Below are positions 8,977 to 17,309 of a stretch of DNA of 64,000 nucleotides, piece after piece. The notes below the pieces were generated by a model that was not told where the DNA came from, did no database searches, and worked only from the letters and a program-made list of their open reading frames with translations. A program made the translations under genes and the position numbers. This DNA is from Acutalibacteraceae bacterium (GTDB lineage: Bacteria > Bacillota > Clostridia > Oscillospirales > Acutalibacteraceae): NCBI GenBank assembly GCA_045660625.1, contig JAZREF010000026.1, forward strand, positions 49,342 to 113,341, given 5' to 3'. The stretch's first letter is position 1; each line of letters starts with the position of its first letter.

Positions 8977-10680
8977 TTGAAAAAGGTATTATGCTTGTTG
9001 CTGGTTCTACTCGTTCTACTCTGCGGTTGTAACGCCGATGTAAAGGTAGATATCAACAACTCTACAACCCAAAGCAGTGCGACCGATGCATCAACCACCA
9101 ATGGCGGCTCGAACGGTACCACGGAGCAAAATGGCGATGCAAACGCCACCACCGGCGACGCCACCACGTCCGCCTCTCACTCCAATGGCACCACCTCCCC
9201 CACCACATCCAATGGTGATGCTGCAAGCACCACCACGCAAGCGCAAAAACCCGCCTGTGAGCACAAAGATGCCGACAATAACGAGATTTGCGACGTTTGC
9301 AATTCTTCCGTCTTGGTCATCTTCGATTTTTACAGCATCAATGACCTACACGGCAAATTTGCCGACGCTGACGGCAACATCGGCGTTGACGAGTTGACTA
9401 CCTACCTCAAAAACGCACGCAAAGAGAACCCCAACTCCATCTTCCTGTCCGCAGGCGATATGTGGCAGGGCAGCTCCGAGTCCAATATGACCAAGGGACA
9501 GATTCTGGTGGATTGGATGAACGAACTGGATTTCACCGCCATGACCATTGGCAACCACGAGTTCGACTGGGGCGAGGAATACGTCAAATCTAATGCCGCT
9601 ATGGCCGAATTCCCCTTTGTCGCTATCAACGTCTACGACCGCGAAACCAACAAATTAGTGGATTTCTGCACTCCCTCTGTGATGGTAGACCGCAACGGCA
9701 TTCAAATCGGTATCATCGGTGCCGCCGGCGACAACTACTCCTCCATCGCTGTTGATAAATGCGATGAGGTCTATTTCAAAACCGGCCGCGAATTGACGAA
9801 TCTCGTCAAAAGCGAGGCGGATCGACTGCGCCAGCAGGGTGCCGATTTCATCATCTACCTCCTACACGACGGTTACGGGCAATCCGGCAGCCGCTTCTTG
9901 ACCTCTTCCCAGATGTCTTCTTACTACGACGTGTCGCTTTCGCAAGGCTACGTCGATCTGGTTTTCGAAGCACACACCCATCAGGGCTATCGCGCCGAGG
10001 ATGAACACGGTGTGTATCACCTGCAGAACCGCGGCGATAACAAGGGAGGTATCTCCCACGTTGAGGTTGCCATTAACTCTGTCACGCTGAAAAGTCGTGT
10101 GAACACCGCCGAATTGGTCAACAACGCCGTGTATCAAAACCTGGATGACGACCCCATCGTTGAGCAATTGCTCGAAAAATACGAAGACCAAATCTCCGGC
10201 GCCAGCCGCGTACTGGGTTACAACAGCCGTTATCGCAACAGTTCCACACTGCTGCAAATCGTTGCTCAGCTCTATTACGAACTGGGTGAAAAGACCTGGG
10301 GTGATCAGTACGACATCGTTCTGGGCGGCGGATTTATGTCCGCCCGCAGCCCCTATAATCTGCAGGCAGGTGAAGTCACCTACGGCCAGCTTCAATCCAT
10401 CCTCCCCTTCGATAACCAGTTGACACTCTGTTCCGTTAAGGGCCGTGATTTGAAAAACAAGTTCATCAACACCAGTAACGACCGCTACTACATCTATTAC
10501 GGCGAGTATGGCAACAGCATCAAAAACAACATCGACAACAACAAGACCTACTACATCCTCACCGACAGCTACACTGCCTACTACGCATACAACAATTTAA
10601 CCGTGGTAGCCGAATACGATCCCAATGTTTTTGCTCGCGATCTGCTGGCAGAGTACATTGAGGCCGGCGGCTTCAATTAA
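8977..10680 (+). CDS. 5'-nucleotidase / metallophosphoesterase lipoprotein
   Basis: The track start is TTG 8959. TTG 8977, 6 nt after GAAAGGGAGA, gives the lipobox MKKVLCLLLVLLVLLCGC. An S/T/N-rich linker follows, then the motifs INDLHG, SAGDMWQGS, GNHEFD, HTHQ and a 5'-nucleotidase C-terminal-like half. Confidence 0.8.
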   Translation: MKKVLCLLLVLLVLLCGCNADVKVDINNSTTQSSATDASTTNGGSNGTTEQNGDANATTGDATTSASHSNGTTSPTTSNGDAASTTTQAQKPACEHKDADNNEICDVCNSSVLVIFDFYSINDLHGKFADADGNIGVDELTTYLKNARKENPNSIFLSAGDMWQGSSESNMTKGQILVDWMNELDFTAMTIGNHEFDWGEEYVKSNAAMAEFPFVAINVYDRETNKLVDFCTPSVMVDRNGIQIGIIGAAGDNYSSIAVDKCDEVYFKTGRELTNLVKSEADRLRQQGADFIIYLLHDGYGQSGSRFLTSSQMSSYYDVSLSQGYVDLVFEAHTHQGYRAEDEHGVYHLQNRGDNKGGISHVEVAINSVTLKSRVNTAELVNNAVYQNLDDDPIVEQLLEKYEDQISGASRVLGYNSRYRNSSTLLQIVAQLYYELGEKTWGDQYDIVLGGGFMSARSPYNLQAGEVTYGQLQSILPFDNQLTLCSVKGRDLKNKFINTSNDRYYIYYGEYGNSIKNNIDNNKTYYILTDSYTAYYAYNNLTVVAEYDPNVFARDLLAEYIEAGGFN

Positions 10681-10686
10681 TTCACC

Positions 10687-10722
10687 AAAAGCACCCGATA
10701 CGGCTGTATCGGGTGCTTTTTT
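10687..10722 (+). terminator. Rho-independent terminator after the 5'-nucleotidase gene
   Basis: GCACCCGATA-cggctg-TATCGGGTGC followed by TTTTTT. Confidence 0.8.
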
Positions 10723-10806
10723 GTGTCATTTTGCATAATTCGAAAGCCATTCTTGCAGAAAAGACCTGTTTCTTGTCCAAAATATCGTTTCTCATGCATA
10801 TTTTTG

Positions 10807-10835
10807 TTGACGAACTTGCTACTTTGTGGTAGTAT
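10807..10835 (+). promoter_or_regulatory. Sigma-A-type promoter (extended -10) for island genes A-B-C
   Basis: TTGACG (10807-10812), 17-nt spacer, TGgTAGTAT (-10 box at 10830-10835). Confidence 0.55.
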
Positions 10836-10846
10836 GTAAAAGTTAG

Positions 10847-10875
10847 AATAGAATATTATGCCCTAATATCTATTT
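10847..10875 (+). promoter_or_regulatory. AT-rich imperfect inverted repeat in the leader of island gene A
   Basis: AATAGAATATTA-tgccc-TAATATCTATTT. It could be an operator or a leader hairpin. Confidence 0.3.
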
Positions 10876-10911
10876 TAGAGCAAAATACGCATCAAATTTA
10901 GGAGGACATTT

Positions 10912-13695
10912 ATGAAAAGAAGTCTGAAAATCCTGTCTCTTCTGTTGGCCCTGGCTATGCTGCTGACGCTCGCCACTGCCTGCGGCAACGACGACGGGAA
11001 AAAGCAAAGTGACAAAGCCGGCCTCTCCGGTGACAACGGTAGCGGCGAAGCTACCGACTACACCGTCAGCCTGAAAACCGCCGGCGGCATGCCCATGGCA
11101 GGTATCGACGTGTATATCTACGCCGATTCTTCCAAGAGCGATATGAAAACCTTTGGACAGACCGATGAAAACGGCCTGGCGTCCTTTAACCTGCCTCAGA
11201 GCAGCCAGTACGCCGTCGTTCTCTCCGGCGTGCCCAAGGGCTACGATGTGAAGGATTCCTATTCCTTCTCCGGCACTACCGCCGTCATCACCCTGACCTC
11301 TACCCTCATCACCAACGAGGATCTCTCCTCTATGACTCTGAAGCTGGGCGACGTTATGTGCGACTTCACCGTCACCACTCCCGACGGCGAGAAGATTACT
11401 CTGTCCAAGATGCTGCAGGAGAAAAAGATGGTGCTGATCAACTTCTGGTATACCACCTGCAGCTGGTGTGTCACCGAGTTCCCCTATATGGAGCAGGCCT
11501 ACCAGCAGTATAAGGATGAGGTTGGTATCATCGCCGTCAACCCCCTGGGCGAAACCGACGCCGCCATCAAGGCTTTCCCCGCTAACTACAGCCTGGATTT
11601 GAGCTTCCCCTTGGCCGCTTGTCCTACCGCTTGGTCTCAGACTTTCGGCATTCAGGGTTATCCTACCTCTGTCATCGTGGACCGCTACGGCGTCATCACC
11701 CTGATCGAGTCCGGTGCTATCACCAGCCTGAATCCTTTTACCAGCCTGTTTGAGACCATGACTGCCGACGATTATCAGCAGAAGTTGTACAACAGCGTCG
11801 GTGAGCTGATTGTCAATCCCAAGCCCACCTACGAGATGGATACTCCCGAGAACGTTGCCGCTCTGCTGAACTCCGGCAAGATTCCCGTTACTTACCATGC
11901 CGAAACCGAAGAGAACAGCAAGGAGTATGCTTGGCCCTTCATCGCCACTGAGAAGAATGGCGTTAAGTGCTTGAAGGCCTCCAACCAGGGCATCGACTCC
12001 TCCTTCGGCGTTATCTACGCCGACGTCACCCTGAAGAAGGGTCAGGCTTTGGGTCTGGATTACTTAATGTCCAGCGAAAACGGCGCCGACACCTTCGTAG
12101 TAATCGTTAATGGCGAAGACATCTTCACCATCTCCGGCTACAACGACAAAGAGAAGTGGGAATCCTGCTTCCCCGTTGTCGCCGATAAGGACGGCACCTA
12201 TGAAGTGGCTCTGTTCTACCTGAAGGATGACAGCAACGCTGCCGGTGACGACACCGTCTACATCAAGAACGTGCGCATCGTGGATGCTTCTAAGATCTCC
12301 ACCCCCACCTACCTGCCTCGTCCCGCTGCCAAGCCCGTAAGCGATACCGATTACGAGTACGTCAAGCTGGTCTTCAACAGCGCTGACGGCTACTATCACG
12401 TTGGCTCCAAGAACGGTCCTCTGCTGTTGGCCGACCTGATGGGCTACACCGAGTTTAACGAAGAGGCTTCTGTTTGGGATCTGGCTTATGACGGCAAGAT
12501 TGTTGTCGGCGGCAAGGATTACAAAGAAGCTCTGACTCAGTATTGTAACTATGCCTCCAACTCCAAGGGCGGTCTTTGCACCGTCAACCAGGAGCTGATG
12601 GATCTGCTGAAGATCGTTGACTCTGCCGTCGGTTTCGACGATGCGGACACCAATGAGTGGCTGAAAATTTGTAAGTACTACGAGGCCTACGGCTCCAACG
12701 GCAAGCAGCTGGAGGATCCCATTAAGGGTCTGGCTACCTTCTCTGCTTTCACTGCTACCGAAGGCAAGAACGTTAAGAGCAACTACTTCTACTACGATCA
12801 GATTCTGATGCCTCGCGGCAAGCTGGCCAAGTTCGTGCCCAGCCGCTCCGGTGTGTATCGCATCACCTCTCGCAGCGAGTCCGCTCAGGGCGTAGATGGC
12901 TGGCTGTTCGGCAAGAACCACGAGGAACTGCTGGTTTACGAGCACGTTGAGAGAATGTACGAGGGCGACGAAGTCTCCATGGTTTATTACATGAAGAAGG
13001 GCGAGCCTTACTACATCGACATCGCCTTCTGGGATGTGTACGAGGTCGGTTACATCTACTACGATATCGAGTACGTTGCCTCCGAGTGGGATTACTTCCG
13101 TCTGTGCTCTCCCGGTTACTTCACCTACGACTCCGACGCTACCGGTAACGAGATGTATCACCTGATCGCCGGCGGTATCGACGTGGTGCTGGGCAGCGAC
13201 GGTATCTACTACGAGGATCTGGGCAACGGCAAGAAGGGCAGTAAGATCTACGCCGACTTCGTTGGTATCACCCCCATCTTCAGCACATCCATCCAGTCCA
13301 TGATCAAAATGGGCGGCTTCGACTTCTCCAAGTCTGAGGACGACCTGTATATCCTGAACGCTCTGAAGCAGAACGGCAACGACAAGGAAAAAACTAAGGC
13401 CTATCTGAAGCAGGAGTGGGGCGAGACTTACGAGGCCACCTACGAGGAGTATAAGGTTGACGAAGTCTTCGCCGGTAAGTACCACGGCACCGGCAAGGAT
13501 ATGACCGAAGACATCAAGAAGTTCGAGAAGCAGATTATCAAGAGCGGCGCCAAAGAGTTGCAGGGCTGCGTGGTCGTGACCAAGGAATTGGCCGATATTC
13601 TGCACAAGCTGATGGGCAAGTACACCTTCGAGGACGTGGACAACTCTTGGCTGAAGGTCTGCTATTACTACGATCACCTGGGCCCCAACGGCTAA
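10912..13695 (+). CDS. Island protein A (927 aa): lipoprotein with Ig-like domain + ResA/TlpA-like thioredoxin (CSWC) + large uncharacterised region carrying two 'DGYYH' modules
   Basis: AGGAGG RBS and lipobox LLTLATAC. Ig-like domain YTVSLKTAGGMPMAGIDVYIYAD..DENGLASFNL..YAVVLSGVPKGY. Trx module VLINFWYTTCSWCVTEFPYM...GYPTSVIVD. The C-terminal roughly 640 aa have no motif I can name. Confidence 0.8.
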   Translation: MKRSLKILSLLLALAMLLTLATACGNDDGKKQSDKAGLSGDNGSGEATDYTVSLKTAGGMPMAGIDVYIYADSSKSDMKTFGQTDENGLASFNLPQSSQYAVVLSGVPKGYDVKDSYSFSGTTAVITLTSTLITNEDLSSMTLKLGDVMCDFTVTTPDGEKITLSKMLQEKKMVLINFWYTTCSWCVTEFPYMEQAYQQYKDEVGIIAVNPLGETDAAIKAFPANYSLDLSFPLAACPTAWSQTFGIQGYPTSVIVDRYGVITLIESGAITSLNPFTSLFETMTADDYQQKLYNSVGELIVNPKPTYEMDTPENVAALLNSGKIPVTYHAETEENSKEYAWPFIATEKNGVKCLKASNQGIDSSFGVIYADVTLKKGQALGLDYLMSSENGADTFVVIVNGEDIFTISGYNDKEKWESCFPVVADKDGTYEVALFYLKDDSNAAGDDTVYIKNVRIVDASKISTPTYLPRPAAKPVSDTDYEYVKLVFNSADGYYHVGSKNGPLLLADLMGYTEFNEEASVWDLAYDGKIVVGGKDYKEALTQYCNYASNSKGGLCTVNQELMDLLKIVDSAVGFDDADTNEWLKICKYYEAYGSNGKQLEDPIKGLATFSAFTATEGKNVKSNYFYYDQILMPRGKLAKFVPSRSGVYRITSRSESAQGVDGWLFGKNHEELLVYEHVERMYEGDEVSMVYYMKKGEPYYIDIAFWDVYEVGYIYYDIEYVASEWDYFRLCSPGYFTYDSDATGNEMYHLIAGGIDVVLGSDGIYYEDLGNGKKGSKIYADFVGITPIFSTSIQSMIKMGGFDFSKSEDDLYILNALKQNGNDKEKTKAYLKQEWGETYEATYEEYKVDEVFAGKYHGTGKDMTEDIKKFEKQIIKSGAKELQGCVVVTKELADILHKLMGKYTFEDVDNSWLKVCYYYDHLGPNG

Positions 13696-13725
13696 TCCTA
13701 TCCCAATATTGAAAGGGGATTCTCT

Positions 13726-14952
13726 ATGAAAGTGTTTTCTAAGATTATGGCTGCTGTGCTGGCCGTAATTATGCTGTTTACCCTGTGCGCCTGCGGTAGC
13801 AACGACGGCGACAGCGGTATGGCAAAGTATCGTGTCAAAGTGCTGGATGGTGAGGGCAAGGCCCTCACCACCGGCGTGATCGTTAAGTTCATGAAGGATG
13901 GTCAGCAGATTGCCATGCAGCCCGTCAACGGCGAAGGCGTTGCGGAGAAGGAACTGGAAAAGGGCAATTACACCGTTGAGCTGACCTTCACCAACAGCGA
14001 AACGAGCGGTCATTACGACACCTCCGCCGCTGTGCTTACCGCAGACAAAACCGAGCTGGAACTGTCCTTGATCAACGCACTCGGCACCGAGAGCTACGAC
14101 CTGGTCGTTGGCGAGGAAACCTACACCGCTTTTGCCGTTAACGCCGGTAGCACCTACATCCCCGTCAAGGCTTCTAAGCGTAATTACTTCCTCTTCACCC
14201 CCACCGCCGCCGGTAACTACAAACTTTCCGTGGATAACAACGCTGTGAAGGTTGGTTACTATGGCTCTCCCTACTTCGTGCAGGCTTTGAGCGCTATTGA
14301 CGTCATCGACAATGCCGTCACCCTCTCTGTCAACGAAGGCTCTTTGGGCGGTACTTACGTTTTCGGCTTGGACGGCATTGATGCGGATACGAACGTGATT
14401 ATGAACATCATTCGTATCGGCGATCCCACTCTGTCTTTTGACGATCTCCCCTGGACCGAATATAAGACCTCTCATACTCCTGCTCCCTACACCCTGAATC
14501 TGGGTGGTAAGAGCCTGAAGTATATGGACATCAAGGGCAAGACCGAGGACTACAAAGTCATCTACAACGACGCCGACGGCTACTACCACTTTGGCACTGC
14601 CGACGGTCCTATCGTTTTGATGCATCTGGACAAAAAGGCCCCGAACCTCTCTCTGCAGACGGTTATTGAGGGCGACGGCCTCGGCGGTGGCGCTCCCATC
14701 CGCAAGTATTTCTTCGACGGCAAGGGCACCGCTCCCGAAAACCTGGTCAAGCGTGAGGACTACACCGACATCCTGCGCAACTATTTTGCAAACATGGATC
14801 CTAACGCCGGTGTGTATCCTCTGACGAAAGATCTGGAGTATATCATCAAAACTGCTTGCTCCGGCTGGTGGACCAAGGATGATCCCGACTACATCTTTAC
14901 CGATTGTAATCCCGAACTCGGCTGGATGTTCGCCCTGTGCTACGTTGGTTAA
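13726..14952 (+). CDS. Island protein B (408 aa): lipoprotein with Ig-like domain + beta-rich domain + one 'DGYYH' module
   Basis: RBS GAAAGGGGA and lipobox MLFTLCAC. Ig-like YRVKVLDGEGKALTTGVIVKF. C-terminal NDADGYYHFGTADGPIVLMHL ... PLTKDLEYIIKTAC...WMFALCYVG is paralogous to parts of A and D. Confidence 0.75.
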   Translation: MKVFSKIMAAVLAVIMLFTLCACGSNDGDSGMAKYRVKVLDGEGKALTTGVIVKFMKDGQQIAMQPVNGEGVAEKELEKGNYTVELTFTNSETSGHYDTSAAVLTADKTELELSLINALGTESYDLVVGEETYTAFAVNAGSTYIPVKASKRNYFLFTPTAAGNYKLSVDNNAVKVGYYGSPYFVQALSAIDVIDNAVTLSVNEGSLGGTYVFGLDGIDADTNVIMNIIRIGDPTLSFDDLPWTEYKTSHTPAPYTLNLGGKSLKYMDIKGKTEDYKVIYNDADGYYHFGTADGPIVLMHLDKKAPNLSLQTVIEGDGLGGGAPIRKYFFDGKGTAPENLVKREDYTDILRNYFANMDPNAGVYPLTKDLEYIIKTACSGWWTKDDPDYIFTDCNPELGWMFALCYVG

Positions 14953-14964
14953 GGAGTGAGCGAT

Positions 14965-17148
14965 ATGAAGACTATGATGAAACGATTGCTCACCCTGACC
15001 GCCTGCATGCTGTTGCTGGTTACAATGGTTGCAGGTTGCGGCAAAGAAGAGGATGCTGTCTTGCTGACCGGCTGTACGGTTAAAGTGCAAACCGAGGGCG
15101 GTGTGAAACTGGCTAACGTTGGCGTGTCCATCTACACCGACAAGGATAAAACCGAGCTCGTGGACTTCGCACGTACGAACGAGAGCGGAGTAGCGATGAT
15201 GAACGTTGCTATCCCCGCCGATAGCTGCGTATTCCTCACCGACTTGCCCGATGGCTACGAATTCAACGGCTACGTCACCATTGATCTCAAGGATAAGAAT
15301 CCTGTCATCACCTTGTCTGCCGGTCTCAAGACCGAGATGACCTCTATTAAACTGGGCGACGTGATGTTTGATTTCACCGTCACCGACCAGAACGGTACGG
15401 AGCACACGCTTTCTAAACTGTTGGAGAACAAAAAGGCGGTTGCCATCAATCTGTGGTACACCACCTGCGCTCCCTGTAAGATGGAGTTCCCCTTCCTCCA
15501 GCAGGCTTACAACGAGTATAGCGACGATATCGCGCTGGTGGCTATCACTCCTATGGATGATCCCGATTCCATCGCCGCCTTTGCCACCGAGAATGGTTTG
15601 ACCATTCCTATGGCCCCCTGTGACCCCAAGTGGAACGACTGGATGGTGGCCAACGCCTACGGCTACCCCACCACCATCATTGTGGACCGCTTCGGCACCG
15701 TTGCTTTCATCCACAGCGGCAGTATCGACAACAGCAAAACCTTTAAGAATATGTTTGACTTCTTCACGGCCGACGATTACGTCCAGACCACCGTGTCTGA
15801 CGTTATTCAGTTTGTAAAGGTTGAGGATGAGAACACCCTGGGCACTGCCGCCAACCCTTATGAGTACAGCGGTAGCACCGGTTTCTCCGTTGAGGTTGAG
15901 CCTGCTCAGACCGTGTACTACACCCTCTATGGTGTAGACGGCTTGAATCTGTCTGTCAACAGCGACACCCTCAGAATGATGTATAACGAGCAGGAATATA
16001 AACCCAATAAGGGTAATATCTCCTTTACTATTCGTGCCACCGATGTCACCGCTCCCGTGTTAGTCAGTTTCACTAACGTCGGCAGCGAAAAGGCTACCTA
16101 CAAGGTCGCCCTCACCTCCCCCGAGGGTTCCTCTGCCAACCCCATCACCATGAAGGATGGTAGCGTTACCGTGAAAATGGAGGAAGGCAACAACCGTGGC
16201 GTGTACTATCAGTACAAGGCAGCATACGAAGGCACCTTCACCCTGGAATGCAAAAACACGGTCAATTACACCGTTACCATCAAGAATCTGAACGGCAACG
16301 AAACCGCCACCTTGGATAAGAACACTAAGAAGGCGACCATTGACGTTCGTAAGAACGATAAGATTCAGATTGTGGTTACCGCTGTAGCAAAGGATGGCAA
16401 GTATCCCGCCACCGAGGCCAAGTTGAACGCCTCCAGTAAGAAGGAGGAAATTCCCGTAACCCCTCCCACCGGTAGCGGTAATAACAAGCCTTCCCTCAAC
16501 ACCAACGGCAAGCTGATCAATCCCGATGCTCCTATCGAGTTCGGTAGCGTGCTGAACTTTGACGCTGAGGTAAAGGCAGGCGAAATCGTGTTGTACCACG
16601 TATTCCGTGTCGGCGGCACCACCTTGCGTATTGCCGATCCCACCGCATACGTCATCTATCTGGATAAACTCTACACCCCCGACAGCAATGGTTACATCTA
16701 TATTCCCGTGACCACCAAGAGCCCCACCATCCCCGTCATCCTTCAAATTGGTAATGGCGGCACCGAGAACAAGACCTATCCCGTCAAGTTCTCCTTCCCC
16801 GAAGGTAGCGCTATGAATCCCTACGATATCGTTTCCGGCTCCTCTAAGGCAAATCTGGCCGCCGGCAACGAGCAGGGTGTATACTACCAAGGTGTTGCCG
16901 AAAAGAGCGGCAAGGTCACGATTACACTTAAGAACGTTACCAAGGGCGTAGAGTGTGACATCCGTGTTGATGTAACGGATGAAAACTACATTCCTCAACA
17001 GTATTTGCTCTCCCAGAGTGAGGACGGCAAAACGCTGACAGTGGACGTTGAGAAAGGCTATGAGATTGTCATCAATGTCGTTGCCATTCCCGATGAGGAA
17101 TACAAATATCCCGCTGCCACCGTTGAATTTACCGTTTCCTTCTCCTAA
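14965..17148 (+). CDS. Island protein C (~727 aa): lipoprotein with Ig-like domain + ResA/TlpA-like thioredoxin (CAPC) + four beta-sandwich-like repeats
   Basis: The track start is GTG 14956. AAGGAG (14951-14956) favours ATG 14965. Lipobox VTMVAGC. Trx module AINLWYTTCAPCKMEFPFL...GYPTTIIVD. Repeats are delimited by PEGS-x-x-NP. Confidence 0.8.
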   Translation: MKTMMKRLLTLTACMLLLVTMVAGCGKEEDAVLLTGCTVKVQTEGGVKLANVGVSIYTDKDKTELVDFARTNESGVAMMNVAIPADSCVFLTDLPDGYEFNGYVTIDLKDKNPVITLSAGLKTEMTSIKLGDVMFDFTVTDQNGTEHTLSKLLENKKAVAINLWYTTCAPCKMEFPFLQQAYNEYSDDIALVAITPMDDPDSIAAFATENGLTIPMAPCDPKWNDWMVANAYGYPTTIIVDRFGTVAFIHSGSIDNSKTFKNMFDFFTADDYVQTTVSDVIQFVKVEDENTLGTAANPYEYSGSTGFSVEVEPAQTVYYTLYGVDGLNLSVNSDTLRMMYNEQEYKPNKGNISFTIRATDVTAPVLVSFTNVGSEKATYKVALTSPEGSSANPITMKDGSVTVKMEEGNNRGVYYQYKAAYEGTFTLECKNTVNYTVTIKNLNGNETATLDKNTKKATIDVRKNDKIQIVVTAVAKDGKYPATEAKLNASSKKEEIPVTPPTGSGNNKPSLNTNGKLINPDAPIEFGSVLNFDAEVKAGEIVLYHVFRVGGTTLRIADPTAYVIYLDKLYTPDSNGYIYIPVTTKSPTIPVILQIGNGGTENKTYPVKFSFPEGSAMNPYDIVSGSSKANLAAGNEQGVYYQGVAEKSGKVTITLKNVTKGVECDIRVDVTDENYIPQQYLLSQSEDGKTLTVDVEKGYEIVINVVAIPDEEYKYPAATVEFTVSFS

Positions 17149-17154
17149 CAGTAT

Positions 17155-17191
17155 AAAGGCCGAATGGCATTAGCCATTCGGCCTTTTCTTT
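17155..17191 (+). terminator. Rho-independent terminator after island gene C
   Basis: GGCCGAATGGC-atta-GCCATTCGGCC followed by TTTTCTTT. Confidence 0.8.
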
Positions 17192-17237
17192 ACCTAAAGA
17201 ATATATATAAGTTTTTAATGAAAATCGTAAAAACCTC

Positions 17238-17266
17238 TTGCCTGTTTCACGCTAAAGTGATAAAAT
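17238..17266 (+). promoter_or_regulatory. Sigma-A-type promoter (extended -10) for island gene D
   Basis: TTGCCT, 17-nt spacer, TGaTAAAAT. Confidence 0.55.
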
Positions 17267-17309
17267 GAATCGTACTGATTTTATCTTTTACCAACAAGGA
17301 GGAATCACT

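Noticed and set aside
12064-15714. A 1216-aa minus-strand ORF spanning island genes A, B and C and both short intergenic spacers
   Set aside because: This is an antisense shadow. The + strand carries RBSs, lipoboxes and clear thioredoxin and Ig-like motifs. The minus-strand product is G/V/D/H/L-rich low-information sequence with no start context or motifs. Strong NNC/NNG codon bias on the sense strand removes antisense stop codons, and the two spacers it crosses are only about 12-30 nt.
17265-17309. N-terminal extensions of track ORFs (17265, 19350, 14956, 8959, 7808, 7624, 39116, 40686, 48453, 57902, 32520, 60248, 49877 and others)
   Set aside because: The extensions overlap promoters, terminators or upstream genes and lack an RBS. 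Internal starts have SD sequences at proper spacing and yield canonical N-termini or signal peptides.
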